A stretch of 32,000 nt of DNA from Candidatus Arthromitus sp. SFB-rat-Yit. GTDB lineage: Bacteria; Bacillota; Clostridia; Clostridiales; Clostridiaceae. Under the pieces are notes generated by a model. It worked only from the letters and a program-made list of their open reading frames with translations. It was not told where the DNA came from and did not search any database. Shown piece by piece: positions 1 through 9,449 of the stretch (position 1 is its first letter; each line of letters starts with the position of its first letter). The stretch spans positions 360,001 through 392,000 of the forward strand of contig NC_016012.1 in NCBI RefSeq assembly GCF_000283555.1, written 5' to 3'. Both the position numbers and the translations under genes were made by a program.

Positions 1-15
1 AATATTGTTTAATAA

Positions 16-57
16 ATAAGATCCACTTTATTATGAGTGGATCTTATATTATTTTTT
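16..57 (+). terminator. Rho-independent terminator for a gene upstream of the window
   Basis: Stem AAGATCCACT (18-27) pairs perfectly with AGTGGATCTT (36-45), extendable to 12 bp. 8-nt loop, then T-rich tail TATATTATTTTTT. Confidence 0.7.
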
Positions 58-128
58 AAATTATTTATATGTTTAAAGCTGTTTTAAGGTTTATTTTGTA
101 AACTGTTTTATGTAAAGGAGAGGACATT

Positions 129-863
129 ATGAAAACTTTTATGAGATATGAGAAGAAGTATATGTTAACTGAAGAAAAATATTTGAGGTTAATGGATGTT
201 TTTAAGGATAAGATGGAAGATGATATTTTCCCAAGATCTAGTATATGTAATATATATTTTGATACTTCAAATTTTCAACTTATAAGGAATTCTTTAGATA
301 AACCTGTATATAAAGAAAAATTGAGAATGAGAAGTTATGGAGTTCCAAATAAAAATTCGTTTGTGTTTGTAGAACTTAAGAAAAAATATGATGGTGTTGT
401 TTATAAAAGACGTGAAAAAATGCACATATGTGATGCGGAAAATTATCTTTATTTTAATAATTATCCGAAAAATGACACTCAGGTAATTAGAGAAATAGAT
501 TGGATGATGAATCATTATAAAAATGTAATACCTAGTATGTATATTTCTTATGATAGAATTGCCATGCGTGGGATTTATGATAACGATTTAAGGATAACTT
601 TTGATAAAAATATTTTGTATAGAGATTATAATCTTGACCTTAAGAGTGGTATATGGGGAGACAGAGTTATTAGAGAAGATGAATATTTAATGGAGATAAA
701 GATTAGTGGAGGAATGCCTTTTTGGCTTTGTAGGATTTTAACGGATTTGAGTATTTATCCTACATCTTTTTCTAAGTATGGAGTTGCTTATCAAATTAAT
801 AAAGGATATAGAGAATGTATTTGTAAAGATCTTTCATGTGGTAGTAGAGAATTTGCTTGTTAA
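129..863 (+). CDS. VTC-domain (polyphosphate polymerase-like, CYTH/triphosphate-tunnel) protein
   Basis: ORF of 244 aa with SD AAGGAGAGG at 115-123. The N-terminus MRYEKKYML...ICNIYFDTSNF...KEKLRMRSYG...FVELKKKYDGVVYKRR matches the bacterial VTC-domain pattern (xxE/HxKY, YFDT, KLRxRxY, vElK.k...K.R). Confidence 0.8.
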   Translation: MKTFMRYEKKYMLTEEKYLRLMDVFKDKMEDDIFPRSSICNIYFDTSNFQLIRNSLDKPVYKEKLRMRSYGVPNKNSFVFVELKKKYDGVVYKRREKMHICDAENYLYFNNYPKNDTQVIREIDWMMNHYKNVIPSMYISYDRIAMRGIYDNDLRITFDKNILYRDYNLDLKSGIWGDRVIREDEYLMEIKISGGMPFWLCRILTDLSIYPTSFSKYGVAYQINKGYRECICKDLSCGSREFAC

Positions 864-892
864 AAAATTTAGTTTGGGGGAGTGTGTTTAAA

Positions 893-1582
893 ATGTTTAA
901 TTGGGTTTTTGATTCTATTTTAATTGAAAATGCATCGTCTAATATTTTGGGTAAAAATATTTTAATTTGTATGAGTGTATCGATTATTCTTGGATTTTGT
1001 ATTGCTTATATATATATGTTTAGGAATGTTTATTCAAAAGGTTTTATAGTTACACTTACGCTTATGCCAGCGGTTGTTCAATTAGTTATTATGCTTGTTA
1101 ATGGTAATTTGGGTGCTGGTGTTGCTGTTACTGGAGCATTTTCACTGGTAAGATTTAGATCAGCACCTGGGAGTGCAAAGGAAATAATTAGTATATTTAT
1201 AGCAATGGCAGTTGGGCTTTCAACCGGTATGGGATATATTGGGATAGCAGTTTTATTTGTTATTATTATGGGGGCTTTAAATATTTTATTAAATGCTACA
1301 AAATTTGGTGAGGGTCCCCCACGCCAAAAGACACTTAAGATAACTATACCAGAGTCATTTGATTATACAAATGTATTTAATGATATATTTGATAAATATT
1401 TAAAGAGTTGGGAAATTTATCAGGTTAGAAGTATGAACATGGGTAGTTTATTTAAGATAGAGTATAAGATAGTTATAAAAAATTCTATAAATGAAAAAGA
1501 AATGATTGATGATATTAGATGTAGAAATGGAAATTTAGAAATTATAATTGGTAAAAATTTACCTTCTAGAGAGGAGCTGTAA
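893..1582 (+). CDS. DUF4956-family multi-pass membrane protein
   Basis: The ORF track starts at 857, but ATG 893 follows SD GGGGGAG (875-881). Hydrophobic N-terminal half with the conserved-looking AFSLVRFRSAPGSAKEIISIFIAMAVGLSTGMG segment, then a soluble C-terminal domain. Typically found next to VTC-domain genes. Confidence 0.65.
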   Translation: MFNWVFDSILIENASSNILGKNILICMSVSIILGFCIAYIYMFRNVYSKGFIVTLTLMPAVVQLVIMLVNGNLGAGVAVTGAFSLVRFRSAPGSAKEIISIFIAMAVGLSTGMGYIGIAVLFVIIMGALNILLNATKFGEGPPRQKTLKITIPESFDYTNVFNDIFDKYLKSWEIYQVRSMNMGSLFKIEYKIVIKNSINEKEMIDDIRCRNGNLEIIIGKNLPSREEL

Positions 1583-1586
1583 TATT

Positions 1587-3428
1587 ATGAAAAAATCTAA
1601 GTTATTACAGGCTGTTATTTCTGGTATTATATTATTTTCATTTAGTGGATGTGGTACAACCAATACTAGTGCAAGTCTCAATGCATCTCAAAATGTATCG
1701 AATGAAAATAATAATTCATCAGTAAATTTGAGTACGAGTTCAAATTCATCGACAGGACTTACTCAATCTGTAATAAAAAAGGAACTTAATGTTAAAGATT
1801 ATGAAGTTGATTATGATGAAAATTTATCAACTAAAATTAATCTATCGGATGGTCAAATAAATTATAGTGGTACAGGGGTATTGGTTAACGATAAAACTGT
1901 TACTATTAATAAGGCTGGTACTTATGTTTTAAGTGGGAATATGGAAAATGCTCAGATAATTGTTGACGTTAATAAAACAGATGATGTTAGAATTATTTTA
2001 AATGGTATTAATATTCATAATGAAACAAGTGCAGCTATTTATGTAAAAAGTGCAGATAAGCTTATAATGACTTTGAAAGAAGGAACTACAAATATATTAA
2101 GTGGAGGAGCTAATTATGTAAATATAGATGATAATAATATTGATGGAGTTATATTTAGTAAGGATGATTTAACTATAAATGGTAATGGAGAGTTAAAAGT
2201 CACATCTAATTATAAGCATGCTATAGTATCTAAAAATGATTTAAATATTGTATCTGGTACATTTAACATAATATCTCAAGATCAAGGTCTTTCTGGAAAA
2301 GATTCCGTGAGAATTTACGGTGGTATATTTAATATAAAATCAAATGGTCAAGGGATTAGGTGTAAGAATACAGAAGAATTAGAGAAGGGGAATATTTATA
2401 TTGCTGGTGGAAATTTTGAAATTGAAAGTGTACAAGATGCTATAAATGCGACAGGAAGTGTTGTTGTAGATGATGGAAATTTCAATATTAAAACAGATGA
2501 TGATGGAATACGTGCAGATGTTGAGGCTATTATAAATTCTGGGGATATAAATATTTTGAAATCTTATGAAGGTATCGAGGGATATAGGGTAATTATAAAT
2601 GGAGGTAATATTAATATTACGTCAAGTGATGATGGTATTAATGCATCTAACCCTAATGTAACACGTAGTGAAACTATGGATAGACATAATTTTACAACAA
2701 ACAATAATGCTCCGAAACCTCCAGATGTTAATAATGATACTAATGTAGATAATACTCCTACTAATCATCCAAATAATACTACATTCAATGCAGATAATGT
2801 TCCTGCACCACCTCCTGAGGGGGATAATAATGGATTTAGTGGGAATAATCGATTACAACAACCTCCAAATGGCGGAATGATGGGAGGTAGAGGGGGCATG
2901 ATTGCTGATGAAAATGTATATATAACAATTAATGGAGGGAATTTAGTTATAGATGCTAGTGGAGATGGTATTGATTCAAATGGAAATATAACTATAAATG
3001 ATGGTAATATTTTAGTATCATCTAATCCTGGAAATGGAGAAAATGCTATTGATTATGATGGTAATATTACGGTTAATGGAGGAATTCTAATTGGGGTTGG
3101 GGGAACTCCTATGAACCAGAATATAAATGAAAATACTAAACAACCAGTTATATCCTATACAGCTCCAAGTGGAAATGAGAATGAAGTTAAACTTGTAAAT
3201 TCAAATGGAGATGAAGTAGTATCGTGGAAGGCTCCTAAGTCATATAGTTCTGTTTTAATAACCCATCCAAATTTGAATTTAAATAATAAATATACTTTGA
3301 TATCAGGTGGAAGCAGCACAGAAATTACACTTGAGAACGTATTAACAACAAATATAACACGTGGAAATGGTGGAAGAGGTCAGAGACCAAGATCTGATGG
3401 ATTTGATAATCAAACAGTTGCACAATAA
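1587..3428 (+). CDS. Exported lipoprotein with Cthe_2159-like carbohydrate-binding parallel beta-helix repeats
   Basis: ATG 1587 follows SD GAGGAG (1571-1576). Lipoprotein signal MKKSKLLQAVISGIILFSFSGC. Repeated G-x-hydrophobic beta-helix rungs (INKAGTYVLSG, AAIYVKSADKL, VIFSKDDLTINGNG, YKHAIVSKNDL, IAGGNFEIES) are typical of the Cthe_2159 carbohydrate-binding family. N/P/G-rich linker in the middle. Confidence 0.7.
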   Translation: MKKSKLLQAVISGIILFSFSGCGTTNTSASLNASQNVSNENNNSSVNLSTSSNSSTGLTQSVIKKELNVKDYEVDYDENLSTKINLSDGQINYSGTGVLVNDKTVTINKAGTYVLSGNMENAQIIVDVNKTDDVRIILNGINIHNETSAAIYVKSADKLIMTLKEGTTNILSGGANYVNIDDNNIDGVIFSKDDLTINGNGELKVTSNYKHAIVSKNDLNIVSGTFNIISQDQGLSGKDSVRIYGGIFNIKSNGQGIRCKNTEELEKGNIYIAGGNFEIESVQDAINATGSVVVDDGNFNIKTDDDGIRADVEAIINSGDINILKSYEGIEGYRVIINGGNINITSSDDGINASNPNVTRSETMDRHNFTTNNNAPKPPDVNNDTNVDNTPTNHPNNTTFNADNVPAPPPEGDNNGFSGNNRLQQPPNGGMMGGRGGMIADENVYITINGGNLVIDASGDGIDSNGNITINDGNILVSSNPGNGENAIDYDGNITVNGGILIGVGGTPMNQNINENTKQPVISYTAPSGNENEVKLVNSNGDEVVSWKAPKSYSSVLITHPNLNLNNKYTLISGGSSTEITLENVLTTNITRGNGGRGQRPRSDGFDNQTVAQ

Positions 3429-3465
3429 AGAGAGTAGTTATTACTACTCTCTATTTATTTTTTGA
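3429..3465. terminator. Bidirectional rho-independent terminator shared by convergent genes
   Basis: Perfect 10-bp stem AGAGAGTAGT (3429-3438) / ACTACTCTCT (3443-3452) with loop TATT. T-run follows on the + strand and an A-rich stretch precedes it (T-run on the - strand). The stem overlaps the stop codon of the - strand ATPase gene. Confidence 0.8.
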
Positions 3466-6039
3466 AAAAGGTTTTAAAAATTCATTCACAATAAATGGGA
3501 TTATTGATAAAGCTATAGATGTGATCCAATCTTTTGTACTCAAGGTTTGTGTGCCAAAGAATATATTAAGTGATGGAGTTGTTATTATAATTATTTGTAT
3601 AATTAAGCCTATTAATATTGAAAAAATTAGTTTCATGTTTGAAAATAATCCTATTTCTAATAAGTATTTATCTTCTGATCTCATGCTAAGTGATAAAAAT
3701 AATTGAGAAAATGATAAGACGATGAATGTCATGCTTTGGGCATATACAAGGCCGATTTTTTTGTATCCAATAAGAAAAGAGATAATACTTACAATTCCAA
3801 TTATTAATGCATTAAAAATTAATTTTAAAATATTTGATTTTGAAATTAAATTCTCATTACTTTTTTTAGGTTTATTATTCATTATATTTTTGTCGTGAGT
3901 ATCAACTCCAAGGCTAAGAGCGGGAAGAGAATCTGTGATTAAATTTATCCACAGGAGATGTGTAGGTGATAATGGTAGTTCAAAGTTAAATAAAATTGAT
4001 ACAAAAATTGTTAATATTTCTCCAAGGTTACATGTTAATAGGAATATTACTGATTTTTTTATGTTGTTAAATATGTTTCGTCCTTCTTCAATAGATGTGA
4101 TTATAGTTTTAAAATTGTCATCTGTAAGTATAATGTCTGAGGCATTTTTGCATACATCTGTTCCAGTTATACCCATTGATATACCAACATCTGCCATTTT
4201 TAGTGAAGGGGCATCGTTTACACCATCTCCAGTCATAGCTACTATATTTCCAAGTGATTTTAATGATCTTACAATTTTAACTTTATGTTCTGGAGAAACT
4301 CGGGCAAATACACTGATATTTTTGATTTTATCATTTAATTCATTATCTGTTAGTTTATTTATTTCGGATCCTAACATTGTTTCATCTATGTTTTCAGCTA
4401 TACTGAGATTTTTAGCAATAGCAAAGGCTGTATTTCTATGGTCACCAGTTATCATTATTGTTTTTATTCCGGATTTTTTTGAAATTTCTATGGATTGTTT
4501 AACTTCTTCTCTAGGAGGATCGATCATTCCAACTATTCCAAGGAATATGAGATTATCTTCATAGTTGTCTTTAGTTAAATTTATGATTTCTTTGTATGCA
4601 AAACCGAGTGTTCTTAGTGCAGAGTCTCCCATTCTCTTAGTTTCATTTAAAATATTTTTTCTAATATCATCTGTTAACTCGTGGATATTGTCATTTATAG
4701 AAATTTTATTGCAAATTTTAAGTAGGTTATCAACTGCACCTTTTGTAAAAGAGTAGAAAATATCATGAACATTATTTACTGTGGTCATTAATTTTCTATC
4801 AGAATCGAAAGGTATTTCAGAAATTCTTTTGAAGTTATGATTTTCTATATTTTTATATGCAAATCTAAGAAGTGCAATTTCAGTAGGATCTCCAATTTCC
4901 TCATCTTTAGAATAACTTGAATCGTTACATAGAGTCATACTTCTTATGAAGAATTTTTTAGTATTATCATCATTTTTAAATTCACGTGCATCAAATTTAG
5001 AATTATTTATGAAGTATTCTATAACAGTCATTTTGTTTATTGTGAGAGTGCCTGTTTTATCAGAACAAATAACATTTACAGATCCTAAAGTTTCAACGGA
5101 TGAAAGTTTACGAACAATTGCATTTTTTTTGATCATTTTTTGGACTCCAATAGCTAAAACTATTGTAACAATTGTTGAAAGACCTTCAGGTATTGCTGCA
5201 ACAGCTAAGGATACTGCGATGAAAAATATATCAATTAGTTTATTTCCTTGAATGAGTCCAGTTATCATAATGATTACACATATTATAATTGTAAGAATTC
5301 CTATGTTTTTTCCGAGAATATTTAACTTTTTTTGAAGAGGAGTAATTTCATTTTTTGAATCATTTAAAAAAGAAGCTATTTTTCCTATTTCTGTATTCAT
5401 TCCTGTTGAGACAACAATTCCTTCTCCACGTCCGTATGTAACTATAGTTGACATATATCCCATATTTTTTCTATCTGCTAATGGAATAGATTCATCTTTT
5501 AAAAGAGTATCTATACTTTTTTCAGACGGAACAGATTCTCCCGTTAATGCAGATTCATCTATTTTAAGATTTGCACACTCAAAAAGTCTAATATCAGCAG
5601 GTACAATTCTACCAGCATCAAGCAGAACAATATCCCCTACGACTAAATTTTCTGAATTTATTTCAATTATCTTATTATCCCGTTTAACGATGGATTTTGG
5701 AGAGGAGAGTTTTTTTAGAGATTCAAGAGATTTTTCAGATTTATATTCTTGTATGATACCTATGGACGAATTTAAAATAATAACTAAGAATATTATTATA
5801 GCTTCTTTATGGCTTCCTAGGAAAAACGATATTATGTTTGATAAAATTAAAATGTAAATAAGTATGTTGTTTATTTGATCAAATATAAGTTTGAGTAAGC
5901 TTTTTTTAATTTCTTTGTTTAATTCATTAGTGCCATTTTTTTGTAAAAGTTTAGAGGCGTAGGAAGTTGATAAACCTGTTTTTGTGTTTGTTTTCAAAGT
6001 TTTTGAAATGTATTCAATTGATTTTGAGTGCCACATCAT
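3451..6039 (-). CDS. Calcium-translocating P-type ATPase (type IIA, SERCA/YloB-like)
   Basis: 862-866 aa. Phosphorylation motif ICSDKTGTLT, TGES actuator motif, MITGDH, VAMTGDGVNDAPSLK hinge and PEGL in TM4. Start placed at the 5th codon (ATG 6039), 5 nt after SD GGAGG (6045-6049 on the - strand). The next ATG (6036) is equally possible. Confidence 0.93.
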   Translation of the reverse strand: MMWHSKSIEYISKTLKTNTKTGLSTSYASKLLQKNGTNELNKEIKKSLLKLIFDQINNILIYILILSNIISFFLGSHKEAIIIFLVIILNSSIGIIQEYKSEKSLESLKKLSSPKSIVKRDNKIIEINSENLVVGDIVLLDAGRIVPADIRLFECANLKIDESALTGESVPSEKSIDTLLKDESIPLADRKNMGYMSTIVTYGRGEGIVVSTGMNTEIGKIASFLNDSKNEITPLQKKLNILGKNIGILTIIICVIIMITGLIQGNKLIDIFFIAVSLAVAAIPEGLSTIVTIVLAIGVQKMIKKNAIVRKLSSVETLGSVNVICSDKTGTLTINKMTVIEYFINNSKFDAREFKNDDNTKKFFIRSMTLCNDSSYSKDEEIGDPTEIALLRFAYKNIENHNFKRISEIPFDSDRKLMTTVNNVHDIFYSFTKGAVDNLLKICNKISINDNIHELTDDIRKNILNETKRMGDSALRTLGFAYKEIINLTKDNYEDNLIFLGIVGMIDPPREEVKQSIEISKKSGIKTIMITGDHRNTAFAIAKNLSIAENIDETMLGSEINKLTDNELNDKIKNISVFARVSPEHKVKIVRSLKSLGNIVAMTGDGVNDAPSLKMADVGISMGITGTDVCKNASDIILTDDNFKTIITSIEEGRNIFNNIKKSVIFLLTCNLGEILTIFVSILFNFELPLSPTHLLWINLITDSLPALSLGVDTHDKNIMNNKPKKSNENLISKSNILKLIFNALIIGIVSIISFLIGYKKIGLVYAQSMTFIVLSFSQLFLSLSMRSEDKYLLEIGLFSNMKLIFSILIGLIIQIIIITTPSLNIFFGTQTLSTKDWITSIALSIIPFIVNEFLKPFSKNK

Positions 6040-6181
6040 TTTAACCTCCATTTGTTATTTAGAATATTATTATTTTATTTTGCACAAAAATTATTAGTTT
6101 TTTATAAAAAATAATTTAAATATAAATTGAAAAAAAGATAATCATAATATATGAGTTTAATTATTGAGGAGTAATAATTCT

Positions 6182-6616
6182 ATGAGGATATCTGGATTAG
6201 AAGTTAAGGAGAACAAAAATAATTTATCAAATAATGTTAAGGTAAGCAAAAATAGAGCTGATATTTTAACGAGTCAATTAGATAACAAACTTTCAAATAG
6301 ATCTAAAAAAGATTTAAAGGAACTTTTGGATTCTATAAAAAAGATAGGGAATAAAGTGGTTGTAACTAAAGAATATAGAGATGTAGTTGAATATAAAAAG
6401 TTAGTTAAGCAGTATCTAGGTAAGGTGCTTGATGATATGTATTCTTTAAACAAGTTTTCAGATGCATTTAATTCTAGATATTATTTAACAGTTGATACTA
6501 TAGATCAAAAACTTAAGGATTTGACTAATCAAATAATAGGCGATGAGAAGGATAATTTAGCTATAGTTACAACTATTGATGAGATTCAAGGGCTTATAGT
6601 AGATGTTTATAAATAA
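6182..6616 (+). CDS. yaaR: YaaR/DUF327-family protein
   Basis: ATG 6182 lies 10 nt after SD GAGGAG (6166-6171). About 144 aa, with size and charged helical sequence (…KEYRDVVEYKKLVKQYL…SRYYLTVDTIDQKL…) resembling DUF327 proteins. Confidence 0.55.
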   Translation: MRISGLEVKENKNNLSNNVKVSKNRADILTSQLDNKLSNRSKKDLKELLDSIKKIGNKVVVTKEYRDVVEYKKLVKQYLGKVLDDMYSLNKFSDAFNSRYYLTVDTIDQKLKDLTNQIIGDEKDNLAIVTTIDEIQGLIVDVYK

Positions 6617-6702
6617 ATTTTTAAATTGATTTGAACAAGAAAAAATATTTTGGTAGAATTTCGACATTAACATTTAAATATTTTCGGAGGGTAATTACAA
6701 AA

Positions 6703-7308
6703 ATGTTCAAGGGATTAAATTTAAAAGGTTTGGTATTTTTTTTTGGAGGTATGCTTCTATTAGCTTTAGGTATAAGGATTATTAGTTTATCGAGTCTAGG
6801 ATTATCTTTTTCAGATGCACTTTTTCTTAGAATTTCAGATATTTTTAATATTCCGGCTTCTGTGTCTAGTTTTATAGTTGGAGTATTTACAATCATTGCA
6901 GCTAGCATTATTTTGAGGAAACGTCCAAGATTTGAATGCTTAATTACATCTTTTATAGTTGGTTTTTTTGTGGACTTTTGGATTTTAATCATAAAAGATG
7001 TTTCATTTGATGGGATTTTAATTAATATTTTGGTTTTTTTGGTAGGAATAGTTATATTGTCAATGGGAATTTCTATTTATCTACAGCCAGGGTACTCACC
7101 GCATCCTAATGATTTTTTATTTATGTCTATAAGAAATAGGTTTAATATTTCTATTTTTAAAGCAAAAATTTTAATGGATTTATCATTTGCTATTTTTTCA
7201 ATATTACTTATGTCAAAAATAGGTATAGGAAGTATTTTTAATACTTTATGTTTGGGAATTTTTATAGATAAAGGTTTTAATATATTTCAGAAGATATACA
7301 ACAAATAA
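6703..7308 (+). CDS. Integral membrane protein, YczE/YitT-like (DUF6198-type)
   Basis: ATG 6703 follows SD GGAGG (6686-6690). About 5-6 predicted TM segments. The N-terminal pattern GMLLLALGIRIISLSSLGLSFSDALF resembles YczE-like proteins. The overlapping antisense ORF 6621-6992 was rejected. Confidence 0.6.
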   Translation: MFKGLNLKGLVFFFGGMLLLALGIRIISLSSLGLSFSDALFLRISDIFNIPASVSSFIVGVFTIIAASIILRKRPRFECLITSFIVGFFVDFWILIIKDVSFDGILINILVFLVGIVILSMGISIYLQPGYSPHPNDFLFMSIRNRFNISIFKAKILMDLSFAIFSILLMSKIGIGSIFNTLCLGIFIDKGFNIFQKIYNK

Positions 7309-7385
7309 TTAATTACATATGTCAAAGTTTTTAATGATCCATATAATATATTTGGAGTTTTATATATTTTAGGAGATGTGCATTT

Positions 7386-7940
7386 ATGGATCATATGGAT
7401 ATAAAAAATAAACTTAAAGGTACAAAAACTGAGAAAAATTTGTGGGAAGCTTTTATTGGAGAATGTGAAGCTCGTGTACGGTATGAATTATATGGTAATA
7501 TAGCACGAAAAGAAGGATATGAGCAAATAGGTTCTATATTTGATGAAACATCTTTAAATGAGAGGGAGCATGCAGAAATTTGGTATGAGTACTTAGGACA
7601 ATTATATGATACAGTTAAAAATTTAAAATCTAGTATAAAAAATGAGAATTATGAATCAATTGAAATGTATATAGAATTTTCAAATATAGCCAGAGAAGAA
7701 GGATTTTTGGAATTATCAGAAAAATTTAAGAAGGTTGCAGAAATTGAAGATGCTCATTCTAAGAGATTCTCAAAACTTGAGAATAATATATTAAATGGGG
7801 AAGTTTTTCATAAAGATAAAAATGTTATATGGCAATGTAGAGTCTGTGGATATTTAGAATATGGAGAGAATGCTCCAGAAGTTTGTCCTGTATGTGCTCA
7901 TCCACAAGGATTTTATCAGTTGCAAGAAAATAATTTTTAA
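7386..7940 (+). CDS. rbr: Rubrerythrin
   Basis: Ferritin-like diiron motifs (GECEARVRYELY, EREHAEIW, EIEDAHSKRF) plus a C-terminal rubredoxin-type CxxC...CxxC (CRVCGY...CPVCAHP). SD AGGAG at 7371-7375. Confidence 0.93.
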   Translation: MDHMDIKNKLKGTKTEKNLWEAFIGECEARVRYELYGNIARKEGYEQIGSIFDETSLNEREHAEIWYEYLGQLYDTVKNLKSSIKNENYESIEMYIEFSNIAREEGFLELSEKFKKVAEIEDAHSKRFSKLENNILNGEVFHKDKNVIWQCRVCGYLEYGENAPEVCPVCAHPQGFYQLQENNF

Positions 7941-7954
7941 TTTAAAGAGCAATT

Positions 7955-7983
7955 GAGTAAGCAGAATAAAATTCTGCTTACTT
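7955..7983. terminator. Bidirectional terminator between rubrerythrin and the convergent gene
   Basis: 13-bp stem GAGTAAGCAGAAT (7955-7967) / ATTCTGCTTACTT (7971-7983) with loop AAA. The stem includes the stop codon of the - strand ORF (7978-7980). Confidence 0.75.
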
Positions 7984-9348
7984 GGTTGCTTTTATTATTG
8001 TATCTTTTAATTCATATATCATTAAATAAATTAATTTCATATTTATTTTAGAATCAAATTTGATTTTTGGTTTTGAAAATTTATTTTTATCGTATAAGAA
8101 ATGTATGTTTTTGCAAATTATAGGGGTTAGATTGCATTCATCCATGGTTTTGTATGATGAATGTTTGAAACATTTATCTGGTATGATGTTTTCAGTTTTA
8201 TGATTAAATCCAAAGTATTTTTCACTTTCATAATTTTTCGGAATGTTTGGGAATGATGAGAAAATTTTTGAAGGTATGAGTACATTATCGTAGAATTTTT
8301 GGGATTCGCTTTTATTAAATCGAAGGAGATATAGCTCGTAGGATATTATATCATAGGTGTCTGTTATCTCATTTTTGCACAAATTTTCGTTTGAAAATAT
8401 TTCATCTAAATCCCAAATGTATTCTGAAATTAACTTTTTTTGATCATGTAATGTATCATTATTTTGTTTTGATATTGTAGATTTTAATTTTATGAGTGAA
8501 TTGTAGAGAAGAAATTTATCATAAGTGGAAATAGATGAGAGTGAGTATTTAGAGAAGAAATTTTCTATTATATTTAAAGACAAGTCTATGATTGAATTGT
8601 CTGGTAACGTATCTATATAAAGAGAAAAGGCATAAAGTATTTCTATAGATTTTTTACTAGGACAATTTAAGATATTATCTTTAAATTTAATAAACATATC
8701 TCTGATTTCTTTCGAAAAATTTAGAAAGGGTATTTTATATGGGCTTGTATCTTTTAAAAGATTTGAACATTTAGAGAAACAAACCATTAAATATGCCTGT
8801 GGAGAAAATTCAAAAGATGTGTCATATGAACTAAATGATACGTAATTTTTATTTTTATCATCGTATGATGCGACCATATCTACAAATAATCCAATATCAT
8901 TTCTAAAATTATTAACATAGTAATTTAATTGATGTTTAGCACATGACACATAAAATTTAACGATTTCATTTCGTTTTTTCTCATTGTGTATTATTTTTTC
9001 GTAGTATTTTGCTAGGTTTAAAATGCATAATGTCATGTAAGCATTGCTTAGTATGTCGACCTTTTTTTTAATTTTATCTTGTTTCCAGTTTAATATATGT
9101 TTTTCTGATTTTATATTTGGTTTAGCTTTTTTATACAAACATGCGAGTGGATATATATGTTTTGTATTTAAAAGATCTGTAGACGGAGGTCTATCTTTAA
9201 ATTCTTTCCCGTGTATAATTTCTCCACATTTTGAGTTTAATAGTATTTGTTTTAAACTTTCTTTTGAAAAATTAAAAAGCTGGTACTCTATTAATGGGTA
9301 TTTAAGAGAGTTTAATTTTAAAAATTTTCCTAAATGATTTTGATCCAT
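7978..9348 (-). CDS. Hypothetical protein (456 aa), no family recognised
   Basis: Long uninterrupted ORF with a strong SD (GAGGTGA, reverse complement of 9353-9359) 4-5 nt before the ATG. No signal peptide or TM segment is obvious. Helix-rich, K/N/S-rich composition. Confidence 0.75.
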   Translation of the reverse strand: MDQNHLGKFLKLNSLKYPLIEYQLFNFSKESLKQILLNSKCGEIIHGKEFKDRPPSTDLLNTKHIYPLACLYKKAKPNIKSEKHILNWKQDKIKKKVDILSNAYMTLCILNLAKYYEKIIHNEKKRNEIVKFYVSCAKHQLNYYVNNFRNDIGLFVDMVASYDDKNKNYVSFSSYDTSFEFSPQAYLMVCFSKCSNLLKDTSPYKIPFLNFSKEIRDMFIKFKDNILNCPSKKSIEILYAFSLYIDTLPDNSIIDLSLNIIENFFSKYSLSSISTYDKFLLYNSLIKLKSTISKQNNDTLHDQKKLISEYIWDLDEIFSNENLCKNEITDTYDIISYELYLLRFNKSESQKFYDNVLIPSKIFSSFPNIPKNYESEKYFGFNHKTENIIPDKCFKHSSYKTMDECNLTPIICKNIHFLYDKNKFSKPKIKFDSKINMKLIYLMIYELKDTIIKATK

Positions 9349-9449
9349 AAAGTCACCTCATAATTATTATATTGCTTCAACTATTTATTAAATACTAATA
9401 TTAAAATTTTAATTGATATGTGTGATATAATATTTCGGAGGTGTTTTAA

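Noticed and set aside
3521-5251. Four + strand ORFs (3521-3706, 3935-4564, 4565-4756, 4946-5251) inside the P-type ATPase locus
   Set aside because: They lie antisense to a gene with unmistakable P-type ATPase motifs. Their translations are low-complexity (I/S/F/L-rich) with no RBS, as expected for the mirror frame of an AT-rich gene.
6621-6992. 123-aa - strand ORF overlapping the YczE-like membrane protein gene
   Set aside because: The + strand frame has an SD-supported start (6703) and regular TM helices. The antisense frame has neither.
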